NCBI GenBank assembly: GCA_963674945.2
Contig: CAXXWQ010000004.1
Span: 3,232,001-3,296,000, forward strand
Length of the DNA stretch: 64,000 nucleotides
From: an uncultured Desulfosarcina sp.
GTDB taxonomy: Bacteria > Desulfobacterota > Desulfobacteria > Desulfobacterales > Desulfosarcinaceae
Direction of reading: 5' to 3'
The position numbers and the translations under genes were made by a program. Below, piece after piece: positions 1 to 8,341 of this stretch (position 1 is its first letter; each line of letters opens with the position of its first letter). Under the pieces are notes generated by a model. The model did no database searches and was not told the origin of the DNA. It saw only the letters and a program-made list of their open reading frames with translations.

Positions 1-444
1 CGCTGAACCGATATTGCTTGAAACCGCCAGTCCGATAAGAAATGGCAGCGGATTCAGGCCTGCTTCCAACAAAGAAAGGGCCAATATCGGAGTAAATGCA
101 AAACATACGATGTCATTTGCCAATAGTGCAGATAACAACGCGCTCACGAGCATAGTAATCAACAGAAAAAGGCGAGGATGGGTATAGTAAGGCACTATTT
201 TTAGCGCAACCCAGGTGTAAAAGCCGCCAAGTCTGAGTTGCGCGGAAATAATCATCAAAGAATAGAGCAATAAAATCGTTGGCAGATTGATCGATCTTAC
301 AGCCCCTTCAACCGTCACAACGTCGCAAACCACCATGGCAATGGCTCCAAGAAGAGCGATGCCGACTCTGTCAACAATGAGCCCTGGGATTTTTCCAAGA
401 GCGATGCCCAAATAAGCAAGACAAAAAATAGTAATCGCTAACAT
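1..444 (-). CDS. Anion permease, ArsB/NhaD/CitM family (3' part outside window)
   Basis: Hand translation from ATG 444: MLAITIFCLAYLG...DRVGIALLGA...SALLANDIVCFAFTP...SSNIGSA. The ND..C and NIGS motifs are typical of the IT superfamily. Confidence 0.85.
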   Translation of the reverse strand, partial: MLAITIFCLAYLGIALGKIPGLIVDRVGIALLGAIAMVVCDVVTVEGAVRSINLPTILLLYSLMIISAQLRLGGFYTWVALKIVPYYTHPRLFLLITMLVSALLSALLANDIVCFAFTPILALSLLEAGLNPLPFLIGLAVSSNIGSA

Positions 445-512
445 ATAGATGCCAGATTGTCGTATGTAAGTATTGTCATGCTACCGTCAAGCCCGAATTC
501 ATGCCAATGATA

Positions 513-1136
513 CTATTTTATTGCCAGCGCCAATTCTTTACCTAACTGATATGCCCTGCGAATTGCATTTGTATCTTTTTTGACCTCTGCTTTGTCGAAA
601 ATTTTGAATACAGAGAGTTCACCAACGATTTCATAACCGAGTGCCATGAGTGGCTTTTTCATCGCCTCTAAAGTGAAGCCCATATCATCGATGGATTCTT
701 GTTCACATATGGCGGCAAGTACGGCTTTTCGACCTTGATTGGAAAACTGGCTCGACCAGCTTCTTGGTCGGTCATTTTCAAAATTGTAGAAACAATAAAG
801 GCGGTCGATAAACGCTTTCATCCAGGATGTTACATTGTAGTTATGTGTCGGGCATGACAGGACAAGACCTTTGGCTGAAATTATTTTCTTATAGAGTACG
901 GACATCCCATCGACCAAACCGGTACATATCTTGTCTTTTCTGCATTTCTCGCATCCAATACATCCCTGAAATTTCACTTTTGTTAAATTTACATAATCAG
1001 TAACAACGTTTTCCCCGATAACGCCGGATATGATATTTTTCAGCAGAATATCTGAATTGCCATTGATTCTTGGACTTCCACTCAGACCGAAAACTTCAAT
1101 ATTCGGCTGCACGTTTGATGTGTCATTCATTAACAT
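513..1136 (-). CDS. Flavodoxin-family iron-sulfur flavoprotein
   Basis: GSPRINGNS FMN loop, CIGCEKC...C cluster motif, MKAFIDR. Confidence 0.9.
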   Translation of the reverse strand: MLMNDTSNVQPNIEVFGLSGSPRINGNSDILLKNIISGVIGENVVTDYVNLTKVKFQGCIGCEKCRKDKICTGLVDGMSVLYKKIISAKGLVLSCPTHNYNVTSWMKAFIDRLYCFYNFENDRPRSWSSQFSNQGRKAVLAAICEQESIDDMGFTLEAMKKPLMALGYEIVGELSVFKIFDKAEVKKDTNAIRRAYQLGKELALAIK

Positions 1137-1192
1137 TTTTCAAGATCCCTCCAGCTATTTCTTTGAAGCAATTTATCTTTTTTCAGTCGCAG

Positions 1193-1247
1193 CACATCAC
1201 GCTCTCCGGCGCGGTAAAGCCACGTCGGAAGCGGCAACTGGTTATGA
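1193..1247 (-). repeat. attC-like site (degenerate)
   Basis: Minus strand TCATAAC-cagttgc-CGCTTCCGACGTGG-cttta-CCGCGCCGGAGAGCG-TGATGTG is an imperfect palindrome about 25 nt after the stop at 1272. The right spacer looks deleted. Confidence 0.6.
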
Positions 1248-1271
1248 AATCGTGTCTTTTTCCCGTGTTTA

Positions 1272-1925
1272 TCAGCTGCTCCCAGACAGTGCCGATCCGC
1301 TCGAAGGCTTGATTGCAGACATGAAAAATACAGGATAGTCACGAACCGTGCCTGTTGCATCAGACTTGGTGAACACATAGTACTCTTCCCAGCGAATATG
1401 AACCAAGCCGCGGTTTTTCAAAAGCTGCCCCAGGTGATTCTCGTCGAAGCCGCAGTGATATACACCTTCAATGTCGCCATGGAAAGATCCGTCCTCCACA
1501 CACAGGTCGCCAAGACATAAACAACCATCCTGTTTGAGCACGCGGCACAGATCCGTCAAAAAACCGGTGATGTCCTCAATATGATGGAGGACATTGTTCA
1601 TGTAGATCACATCAAATTCCTCGGCATGTAACGAGGCTCCATGAAGATCAGCATGGATGACCCTCATGTTTCGGATATTGTTTCGCGCGATTTTTTCGCG
1701 GAGGATGTCTAACATGGCTTCAGAGGTGTCCATCATCACGAGTGATGCGACATCCTCATACAGGTGCATGCCAACCAGTCCAGAGCCGCAACCGCAGTCC
1801 AGCAGCTTCGACTTCGTTGAAATCGGAACTTTCTTCTTGATCTGCTCGGCAAATTTGAGAGCCATCTCCCTGAGGAGTGGATACGTATCAAACACTCTTG
1901 CTTCTTGTTTAGACCGTTCACTCAT
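1272..1925 (-). CDS. Class I SAM-dependent methyltransferase
   Basis: LLDCGCGSG motif I, FDVIYMNNVLHHI. Confidence 0.9.
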   Translation of the reverse strand: MSERSKQEARVFDTYPLLREMALKFAEQIKKKVPISTKSKLLDCGCGSGLVGMHLYEDVASLVMMDTSEAMLDILREKIARNNIRNMRVIHADLHGASLHAEEFDVIYMNNVLHHIEDITGFLTDLCRVLKQDGCLCLGDLCVEDGSFHGDIEGVYHCGFDENHLGQLLKNRGLVHIRWEEYYVFTKSDATGTVRDYPVFFMSAIKPSSGSALSGSS

Positions 1926-1966
1926 AGTTCCCCTCTATGCGTTTTCTGAATCTGGTGCTTGCGATA

Positions 1967-2037
1967 GATACAACGGTGAAGAGGAGCGCCAAGAGAACGG
2001 CTTACAGGATAAGATGCCAAGCCTCACCGCGTGTATC
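1967..2037 (-). repeat. attC-like hairpin (degenerate)
   Basis: Inverted arms GATACAACGGTGA / TCACCGCGTGTATC. It overlaps the GNAT stop and ends GTTGTAT on the minus strand. Confidence 0.45.
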
Positions 2038-2527
2038 CGCAACTTTCTGGTTTGCCTTTCAAATCAAGCTTCAGATAAATAACATCCGGTATCGGATTCT
2101 CGTAGTAAGGTTCCGTGCTCACGAAACCCAATGAGCTGTAAAGATGTAGTGCGGCTTCCAGCCTTGCAAGTGTATCGAGAACCATGGTGGCGTAACCAAG
2201 GCGAACCGCGTCCTGTATGAGCCGGTTGGCGATCCGTTTGCCGATGCCCAAACCTCTGGCCTCGGGGCAGACATACAGCCTCTTCATCTCACATGTGCGG
2301 TTTTCAACCAAATCGATCCTGCGCAATGCACCGCAACCGATAGCCTTCTGCCTTTCGGTGGCAAGAAGAAGTGTGCCTGACGGTGGTGCATACTTTCCAG
2401 GAAGATTTGCCAGCTCTGATTCAAACTGCTGAAAACATAGATCAACACCAAGCTTGGTTTCGTATTCCCGGAAAAGCCTTCGAACCTCGTCGAGCTCTTT
2501 TTGGGTTTTTGCTGGAAAAATGTTCAT
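2024..2527 (-). CDS. GNAT family N-acetyltransferase
   Basis: CEMKRLYV.PEARGLGIG acetyl-CoA motif; ALHLYSSLGF. Confidence 0.92.
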   Translation of the reverse strand: MNIFPAKTQKELDEVRRLFREYETKLGVDLCFQQFESELANLPGKYAPPSGTLLLATERQKAIGCGALRRIDLVENRTCEMKRLYVCPEARGLGIGKRIANRLIQDAVRLGYATMVLDTLARLEAALHLYSSLGFVSTEPYYENPIPDVIYLKLDLKGKPESCGYTR

Positions 2528-2592
2528 AATAATTGAGGCTGTCGCTAATTGGGAAGCCGGGTGTGATTACCGAGGTATGGGTAAACTATCCC

Positions 2593-2663
2593 AGCCAACC
2601 GGAAGAAAAGGTTATTCAAGAACGTCCCGGATTTTGCGCCCCCTCTTCAAAATATTGTTGGGC
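2593..2663 (-). repeat. attC-like site (degenerate)
   Basis: Minus strand starts GCCCAAC (RYYYAAC) AATATTTTGAAGAGGGGGCGC and ends GTTGGCT. It overlaps the 3' end of the GDSL gene. Confidence 0.45.
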
Positions 2664-3368
2664 TTTCCGTATTCCGTTTCTCAGAACATCAATCCAAATT
2701 GCGTTCCCTTTTGAGTTTAGGTGAACGCCGTCACCATCGTGATACTTATCATCCATGTTCCCAGAACCATCAATAAGTAAGGGGCCGGCATCCACAAAGA
2801 AGAGACGACTGTCTGTCTTGACGAGTTTTTCGATACTTGTGTTCAACTTCCCTATACGTTGTTGATTTCGGCGTTGCCATTTATCAATCGATTCTTCATC
2901 GACAGGTAGGAGGGCACTCAGAACGATTGGCGTTGTCTTTGGGATTTTTTCAATGATGGTGCGATAGTTTTCAAGTATCTCCTCGTTTGATCGTCGTATC
3001 ATGTCGTTGATACCGATAGCAAGGACGACGACACTTGCCCTTTCGATTGACTTGTAGGCCGAGAGACGCCGAAGCACACCAAGAGTCGTGTCATTTCCGA
3101 TTCCATAATTCACTGAAGGAGAAGCAACTGCTGAAACGCATAAACCTTGCGTTATGCTGTCGCCAATAAAGATGACTGCTCTTTCCGGTACATTTCCGTC
3201 CATACGCCTGTGAAAGTTCAGCATCGTTACGAAGTGCTCGGTGATTTCGGGAGATGCATGTATGCCAAGCTTGCGTTCGGCTCGGTCGATAAAGTCGCTC
3301 CTGAGCAATACGAAAGCCAAGAGAATGTGGATTCCGATCAGGTATGCTGCTGCGATTCTCTTTTTCAT
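2616..3368 (-). CDS. SGNH/GDSL-family lipase/esterase with N-terminal anchor
   Basis: FIGDSIT, IGIND and DGVHLN blocks. Confidence 0.9.
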   Translation of the reverse strand: MKKRIAAAYLIGIHILLAFVLLRSDFIDRAERKLGIHASPEITEHFVTMLNFHRRMDGNVPERAVIFIGDSITQGLCVSAVASPSVNYGIGNDTTLGVLRRLSAYKSIERASVVVLAIGINDMIRRSNEEILENYRTIIEKIPKTTPIVLSALLPVDEESIDKWQRRNQQRIGKLNTSIEKLVKTDSRLFFVDAGPLLIDGSGNMDDKYHDGDGVHLNSKGNAIWIDVLRNGIRKAQQYFEEGAQNPGRS

Positions 3369-3370
3369 CT

Positions 3371-3571
3371 CTACCTGCCAAACGAGTTTAACGATATTGC
3401 CACAGAAGAAAACTCACGAAGCAGTTGCTTGTCAACTGTGACGAAAGGGACTTTCAGGTCATTTGCAATCGCGATAAATTCGCAATCATAAGCAGAACAA
3501 TTGCTTGTTGAGGTAAGTCCTAATACTTCATATGATGGAACTTCATATTCTCGCCCCTTCAGTAATTTCAT
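3371..3571 (-). pseudogene. VapC/PIN toxin, C-terminal fragment
   Basis: CSAYDCEFIAIA...VTVDKQL is a PIN C-terminal motif. The N-terminal half is missing. Confidence 0.65.
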
Positions 3572-3603
3572 GGCACTATTCAGTTGATTCCCAATTTTCG
3601 TGA

Positions 3604-5180
3604 TTATGGATTCACGATGCTGCCAATGAAACCTCCAACATTGATTTTTAACTTCGCGAGCTCCTCTTCGTGTAAATACATCATGTGGCCTGCTTTATAA
3701 TAGTTCAGCTGGATTCGGTCCTGAACGTTTCCGGGAAGTAATAGGTGGTCCATCGTGTATTCGGTGGCGAAAAAAGGGGTTGCCATGTCGAAGATACCGT
3801 TTTCGACCTGCACTCTCAGATGCGGATTTTCAATAAGCACGCGGATCAAATCCCCCTCGACATTCGGAGCACCGGGAAAGAAAGATACCTGCCCTGAATT
3901 GTGTTTCCAGTCCCAGGCCTTACTCGGTTCCGCTGGAAGAACTTTGTAGGTTTTAGAATTTCCAAATTTCAAGTCATGACGAACATAGCTGTTAAATGCC
4001 GATGTAAAGGCACTCCGTATACTTGAAAATGAAGGATCGAACTCCGCATACTCTGTCAACAAATCGTAGGTTTCGCCCATGTAACGGGCATCGAAACGCC
4101 CGATCGTGAATCCGCGGCTTCTTTGGAGTTCTGCCTGAAACTGCGCGAGTTTGACGCGAAGATTGGCTTTTATCAAGTAGTCTTCACTCAGGCCGGTAAA
4201 TCCGGCGAGTTTCTGTGCAATGTCCGCTGTCTCGTTGTCGCTCAGCTTCGAACCCTTCATGAGGGCGGCGGCGTACTCGGTGGATGCAAACCGCCGTGCG
4301 TCATCCAGGACTGTATTCAAATCGTCGGGACGGTCTTCGAGGATATTGTAATACCATGCCGCCGCCGCATACGTCGGAAGGTAAAAAATGTAGGACATGT
4401 CATTGCCGTGATTAAAAGAAACCGTTCCCATATCGAGAATGCTCGAGATCAGGATAATGCCGTTGATAGATATCCCGTCGTTGGACTGCAGATATTTGGC
4501 TAGCGCCACGGAGCGAAACGTTCCGTAGCTCTCACCGATAAGTAATTTCGGCGAATTCCATCGGTTGCTGCGGCTGATATAAATATTGATGAATTGGGCC
4601 AGCGACTTGATGTCCTGATCGACACCCCAGAAATCCTTCCCCTCAGCATCGCCGACCGCACGGCTGAATCCAGTGCCGACTGGATCGATGAAGACGAGAT
4701 CAGCCTTATCAAGCAGTGTACACTCGTTTTCCACAATCCTGTATGGAGCAGGAGGTGTTGCTGCCGCATCGTTTGTTACAACACGCATAGGTCCGAAAGC
4801 ACCTATGTGCAGCCATATTGAAGCCGACCCGGGTCCACCGTTGTATATGAACGCTATGGGTCGCCGGGATAGATCTTTTACATCGTTGCGCGTGTATGCA
4901 GTTGAATAAATCAATGCTGTCGGCAGGTCTTTATCGTCTTTGAGCAAAATGGTCGAAGCAGTCGCTTGGTACGAATCGACTTTCCGTCGATGCGAATTTT
5001 ATGATCAGTAACAGATGTCTCCTCTTTGGGCGCGGGAGCTTCGGGTTTGGTCTTGCTGTCTATATTTTTTGACTTGGGAGAAGCGGTCTCTTTCTCCATC
5101 TCCTGAGCGAAATTCTGTGAAACCCACACAAAAACCAGAAGCAAAGCAATCATGCAACACGACAAGTAACGTTTCATCAT
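3604..5180 (-). pseudogene. S10-family serine carboxypeptidase, frameshifted
   Basis: Signal-peptide ORF 4911-5180 and catalytic ORF (NGGPGSAS, GESYGT, AGHMMY) join after a 1-nt shift near 4975 (KSI-[P]YQATASTILLKDDKD). Confidence 0.8.
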
Positions 5181-5464
5181 CAGACTCCTGTGCCATTAAT
5201 GGCTTTTTAAAGTAACAAAATGGCGTCGTCAAACGCAATGGACTAAATGCGCTAAATGGGGCCGCCCTTTAATGGGCGACCCCATTTTAATGCCTAAAAA
5301 GACGATATTGCCCAATAAAATGGGTTGTTTTATATAACATATGGCATTAATTCAGATAGACTTCCCTTTTTACCTTTCCTTTTACTTTTAATTCAGGGTG
5401 TTAAATCTTGTCCTACTTTAATATATCGACATATACATACAATATATGTATATGATTTAATCAT

Positions 5465-5716
5465 AGACATAACATGGGACTCCAAAAAGCTGAAATCAAT
5501 TTTAGAAAACATGGGATACGCTTCCCCGATGCAGAAATTGTGCTTTATGATCTATTTGCCATGACACTGGAAGATCATGTTGTTGCCGGTGAAAGGCGAT
5601 TTGTGACCGTTGGTTTAGACGCAGTTGGCCGAATAATCGCCGTTGTTTACACATACCGTCCAGATAGCATCCGTTTGATTTCGGCCCGAAAGGCGACACC
5701 AAAGGAAACAATATGA
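5465..5716 (+). pseudogene. BrnT-family toxin, frameshifted at 5' end
   Basis: ITWDSKK in one frame continues as AEINFRKHGIRF...IRLISARKAT in another, across an A-run at about 5484-5489. The expected start reads ATA. Confidence 0.75.
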
Positions 5717-5973
5717 AAAAGGAATATGATTTTACAAAGGCCAAAAGAGGTCAGGTTGTTCCGACAAAAGGAAAAACCAGAATTACAATGTACCTTGACA
5801 CGGATATCATTGATGATTTCCGTACACGAGCGGAAAAAGCTGGATATGGGTACCAGACAATGATTAATGAAGCCCTCAGGGAATATCTTACGAAGAGTGG
5901 AAAACCTGTCGACGAAACGGTTCTTCGCCAAGTAATTCGAGAAGAATTGGATCGAGCAGCTAATCATGGATAA
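5713..5973 (+). CDS. BrnA-family antitoxin
   Basis: MKKEYDF...KTRITMYLD...GYQTMINEALREY; ATGA overlap with brnT. Confidence 0.9.
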   Translation: MKKEYDFTKAKRGQVVPTKGKTRITMYLDTDIIDDFRTRAEKAGYGYQTMINEALREYLTKSGKPVDETVLRQVIREELDRAANHG

Positions 5974-5989
5974 TTGGCACCCCTTTTCC

Positions 5990-6711
5990 CCCATGCGGTC
6001 CAGCCTGTTGAGCAAATTCAGGCACTGCCGAACTGTTTTGCCGGAAGGAGGAATCAAAACTTGGTCCGCCTGTTTAGCAAACTCTGTTTTGGTCAACGGA
6101 TTGAACGCATCTTTAAGATAGGCCAGAAATTTGCCTTTGAACTTTGCGGCAAACGCCGGAACGGGTAATAAGAACTTCTCGTTTGCCGTTACCCACCGGT
6201 CGTCTTTGTTCAAGCCGCCGGCGGTAATGACCAAATGGAGATAGCTATGCGGAAGAAAGTGATCGTCCCAGCTTTGAAATACCATGATGACGCCGGGAAG
6301 TCTGCCCAGCCACCGAAAATCGCCGAGCATCTCCCTGAGCGAATGCCAGGCGGTTTTCATCATAAGCCCGGTGAACAACCGGCGGTTTGCCTCCCATATG
6401 GGGTGAAGGTCGTGACTGACGGTAATCACGCCATGAAAGGATGGGCAGCCCAGCGCCTGAAGTCTGCACCGCTCCAGCCATAGCCGGGTTTCCGTGGCCC
6501 CGCACTGTGGGCATGACCTGTTTTTGCACGAGTTGGGCAGGATCACACGGTAGTCGCCGTTGTGGCAGGCATCGACATGAAATCCCCTTTCAAGTGTCCG
6601 GCAAGTCATGATATTTTAGGCCGCCCGCCACTTTCGGACATCGAGGATGCGGCTTTTCCGGTAAACCTTGAAATGATCGCTGAAAATTCGTTGTAGGATT
6701 CCGGTTGTCAT
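5990..6711 (-). mobile_element. IS91-family transposase remnant
   Basis: SCKNRSCPQCG zinc-binding motif and PHSYLHLVITAGG (degenerate HUH). In-frame TAA at codon 32 after ATG 6711; C-terminus lost. Confidence 0.8.
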
Positions 6712-6880
6712 TTTTCAAACATGTCGGATGTAAATTCCGCCTTGCACTCGTTTAAAAGTTCAAGTGCGTGCTCTTCTCCAAATTGCTCCACCATCTGATT
6801 CCAAATCTCGGAGTTTTGTAATTCTTTCTGAAAGTTCCGGGTAAACAAATCCGATGCCTTTTCGGATAGGCCTTTAGATG
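6708..6880 (-). CDS. Small hypothetical protein (start uncertain)
   Basis: Acidic, helical-looking ORF tail whose stop overlaps the IS91 tnp start (ATGA). Confidence 0.35.
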
Positions 6881-7043
6881 ACGTTTCCCATCTTCTCAGG
6901 CTACTTCCTGCTGCGCAGCAGCATTCGTTCAAAGATTGAGTTGAGACGCGCGCGTTTTTTACGCGTCGATTCTCAAAGGATTTGTTCGGCACTTCTAATT
7001 GACGCTATAGTCAAAACGCCTAAGAAAGGAAAGTAGTTTTTAT

Positions 7044-7484
7044 ATGAAGAACAAGCCAAAATTATTGGACTATGTAAGACGGGAAATATGTTTGCGACAC
7101 TATTCCATACGAACGGCACAAGCGAATGTATCCTGGATCAGACGATACATCCTGTTTCATCACAAACGACACCCCAAGGAGATGGGAAAAAAGGAAATAG
7201 AGGAATTTTTGTCTCATCTTGCCAAACATCGAAAGGTAGCGGCATCTACTCAAAACCAGGCATTCAACGCCTTGATTTTTTTGTATCGTCAGGTTTTGAA
7301 TTTGGATGTGGGTGATGGTATCAAGGCGCCATTGAAAGAGCACCTTCGTTATGTCAAGAGGCTTCATGATAACGAACTGACCAAAAATTTGGGTCAGGTT
7401 TACCTCCCTTATGCCCTGGCACGGAAATATCCGACGTCAGATCGGCAATGGGCCTGGTAATATGTCTTTCCATCCAAATGGTGA
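7044..7484 (+). pseudogene. intI: Integron integrase pseudogene
   Basis: N-terminal LRHYSIRT...VAASTQNQAFNALIFLY plus the IntI-specific VYLPYALARKYP...WAW*YVFPS. The box I region is deleted, there is a nonsense codon at 7458, and the C-terminus is absent. Confidence 0.88.
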
Positions 7485-7589
7485 ATACCCAAACACGACT
7501 ACCCGTGACTAACCCCAGGGCAACCGCATTTGTCGCACCTTGACACGCATATATATAGAGATATAGTATGCATTAGGAGGCATACAAAT

Positions 7590-7784
7590 ATGCGAACGAC
7601 ACTGAACATTAATGACAAAGCCCTATCCGATGCCATGGCTTTGGCCCCTGGTATGACCAAGACTGAAGTCATCAATGAAGCCTTACGAAAATATGCGCGT
7701 GGTAAGCGTCGAAAGGAAATTCTCAAGCTATGCGGCAAGGTAAAATGGGAAGGTGACCTCAATGCACTTAGGAAACGCATATGA
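7590..7784 (+). CDS. vapB: VapB antitoxin
   Basis: MRTTLNIND...KTEVINEALR...WEGDL; GGAGG RBS; overlaps the PIN gene. Confidence 0.88.
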   Translation: MRTTLNINDKALSDAMALAPGMTKTEVINEALRKYARGKRRKEILKLCGKVKWEGDLNALRKRI

Positions 7785-8194
7785 TGATACTGGTGGATAC
7801 CTCGGTATGGATTGATTTTTTCAATAGCTACGAAAGCCGGGAAGCCCAAACACTTGCCGAACTGATTGATCAGGAGATGGAGATCGCCACCTGCGGCATT
7901 GTGGCGGCAGAGTTCATGCAAGGCATTCGCGATAAAAAGACCTTAAAAATCCTCGATATGCAATTCAGGGATATGGAATGGTTGACACCGCGCGAACCAG
8001 ACACCTACCTGGAAGCGGCCGCTTTGTTCAGGGCGTTGCGTAGCAGGGGCATTACTATCCGATCGACCATCGATTGCCTGATCGCCCGACTTGCATATGA
8101 AAACAAAGCCTCTTTGCTTTCAAGGGATCGCGATCTGAAAATGATCATCGATTCCGGAATTCTATCTCTTAAAAGCATTTCGAAAACGCTATAG
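7781..8194 (+). CDS. vapC: VapC PIN-domain toxin
   Basis: ILVDTSVWIDF...STIDCLIA...LSRDRD. Confidence 0.92.
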   Translation: MMILVDTSVWIDFFNSYESREAQTLAELIDQEMEIATCGIVAAEFMQGIRDKKTLKILDMQFRDMEWLTPREPDTYLEAAALFRALRSRGITIRSTIDCLIARLAYENKASLLSRDRDLKMIIDSGILSLKSISKTL

Positions 8195-8341
8195 TGCCCA
8201 TCCAAACATGACAACCCTGTGAAAATTTCATTCCCGAATTGACAAAAGGGTTGATTTTATATAGGAAAGCAGGGTTGATAAAAGGTTGTCGTATCGGCAT
8301 CCAACCCTTTTCGAAGGACCCTGCCAAAGGAGCGGTTACGC

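Noticed and set aside
5647..5989. C-terminal extension of the IS91 ORF
   Set aside because: It is read-through into the antisense strand of brnTA after the transposase truncation.
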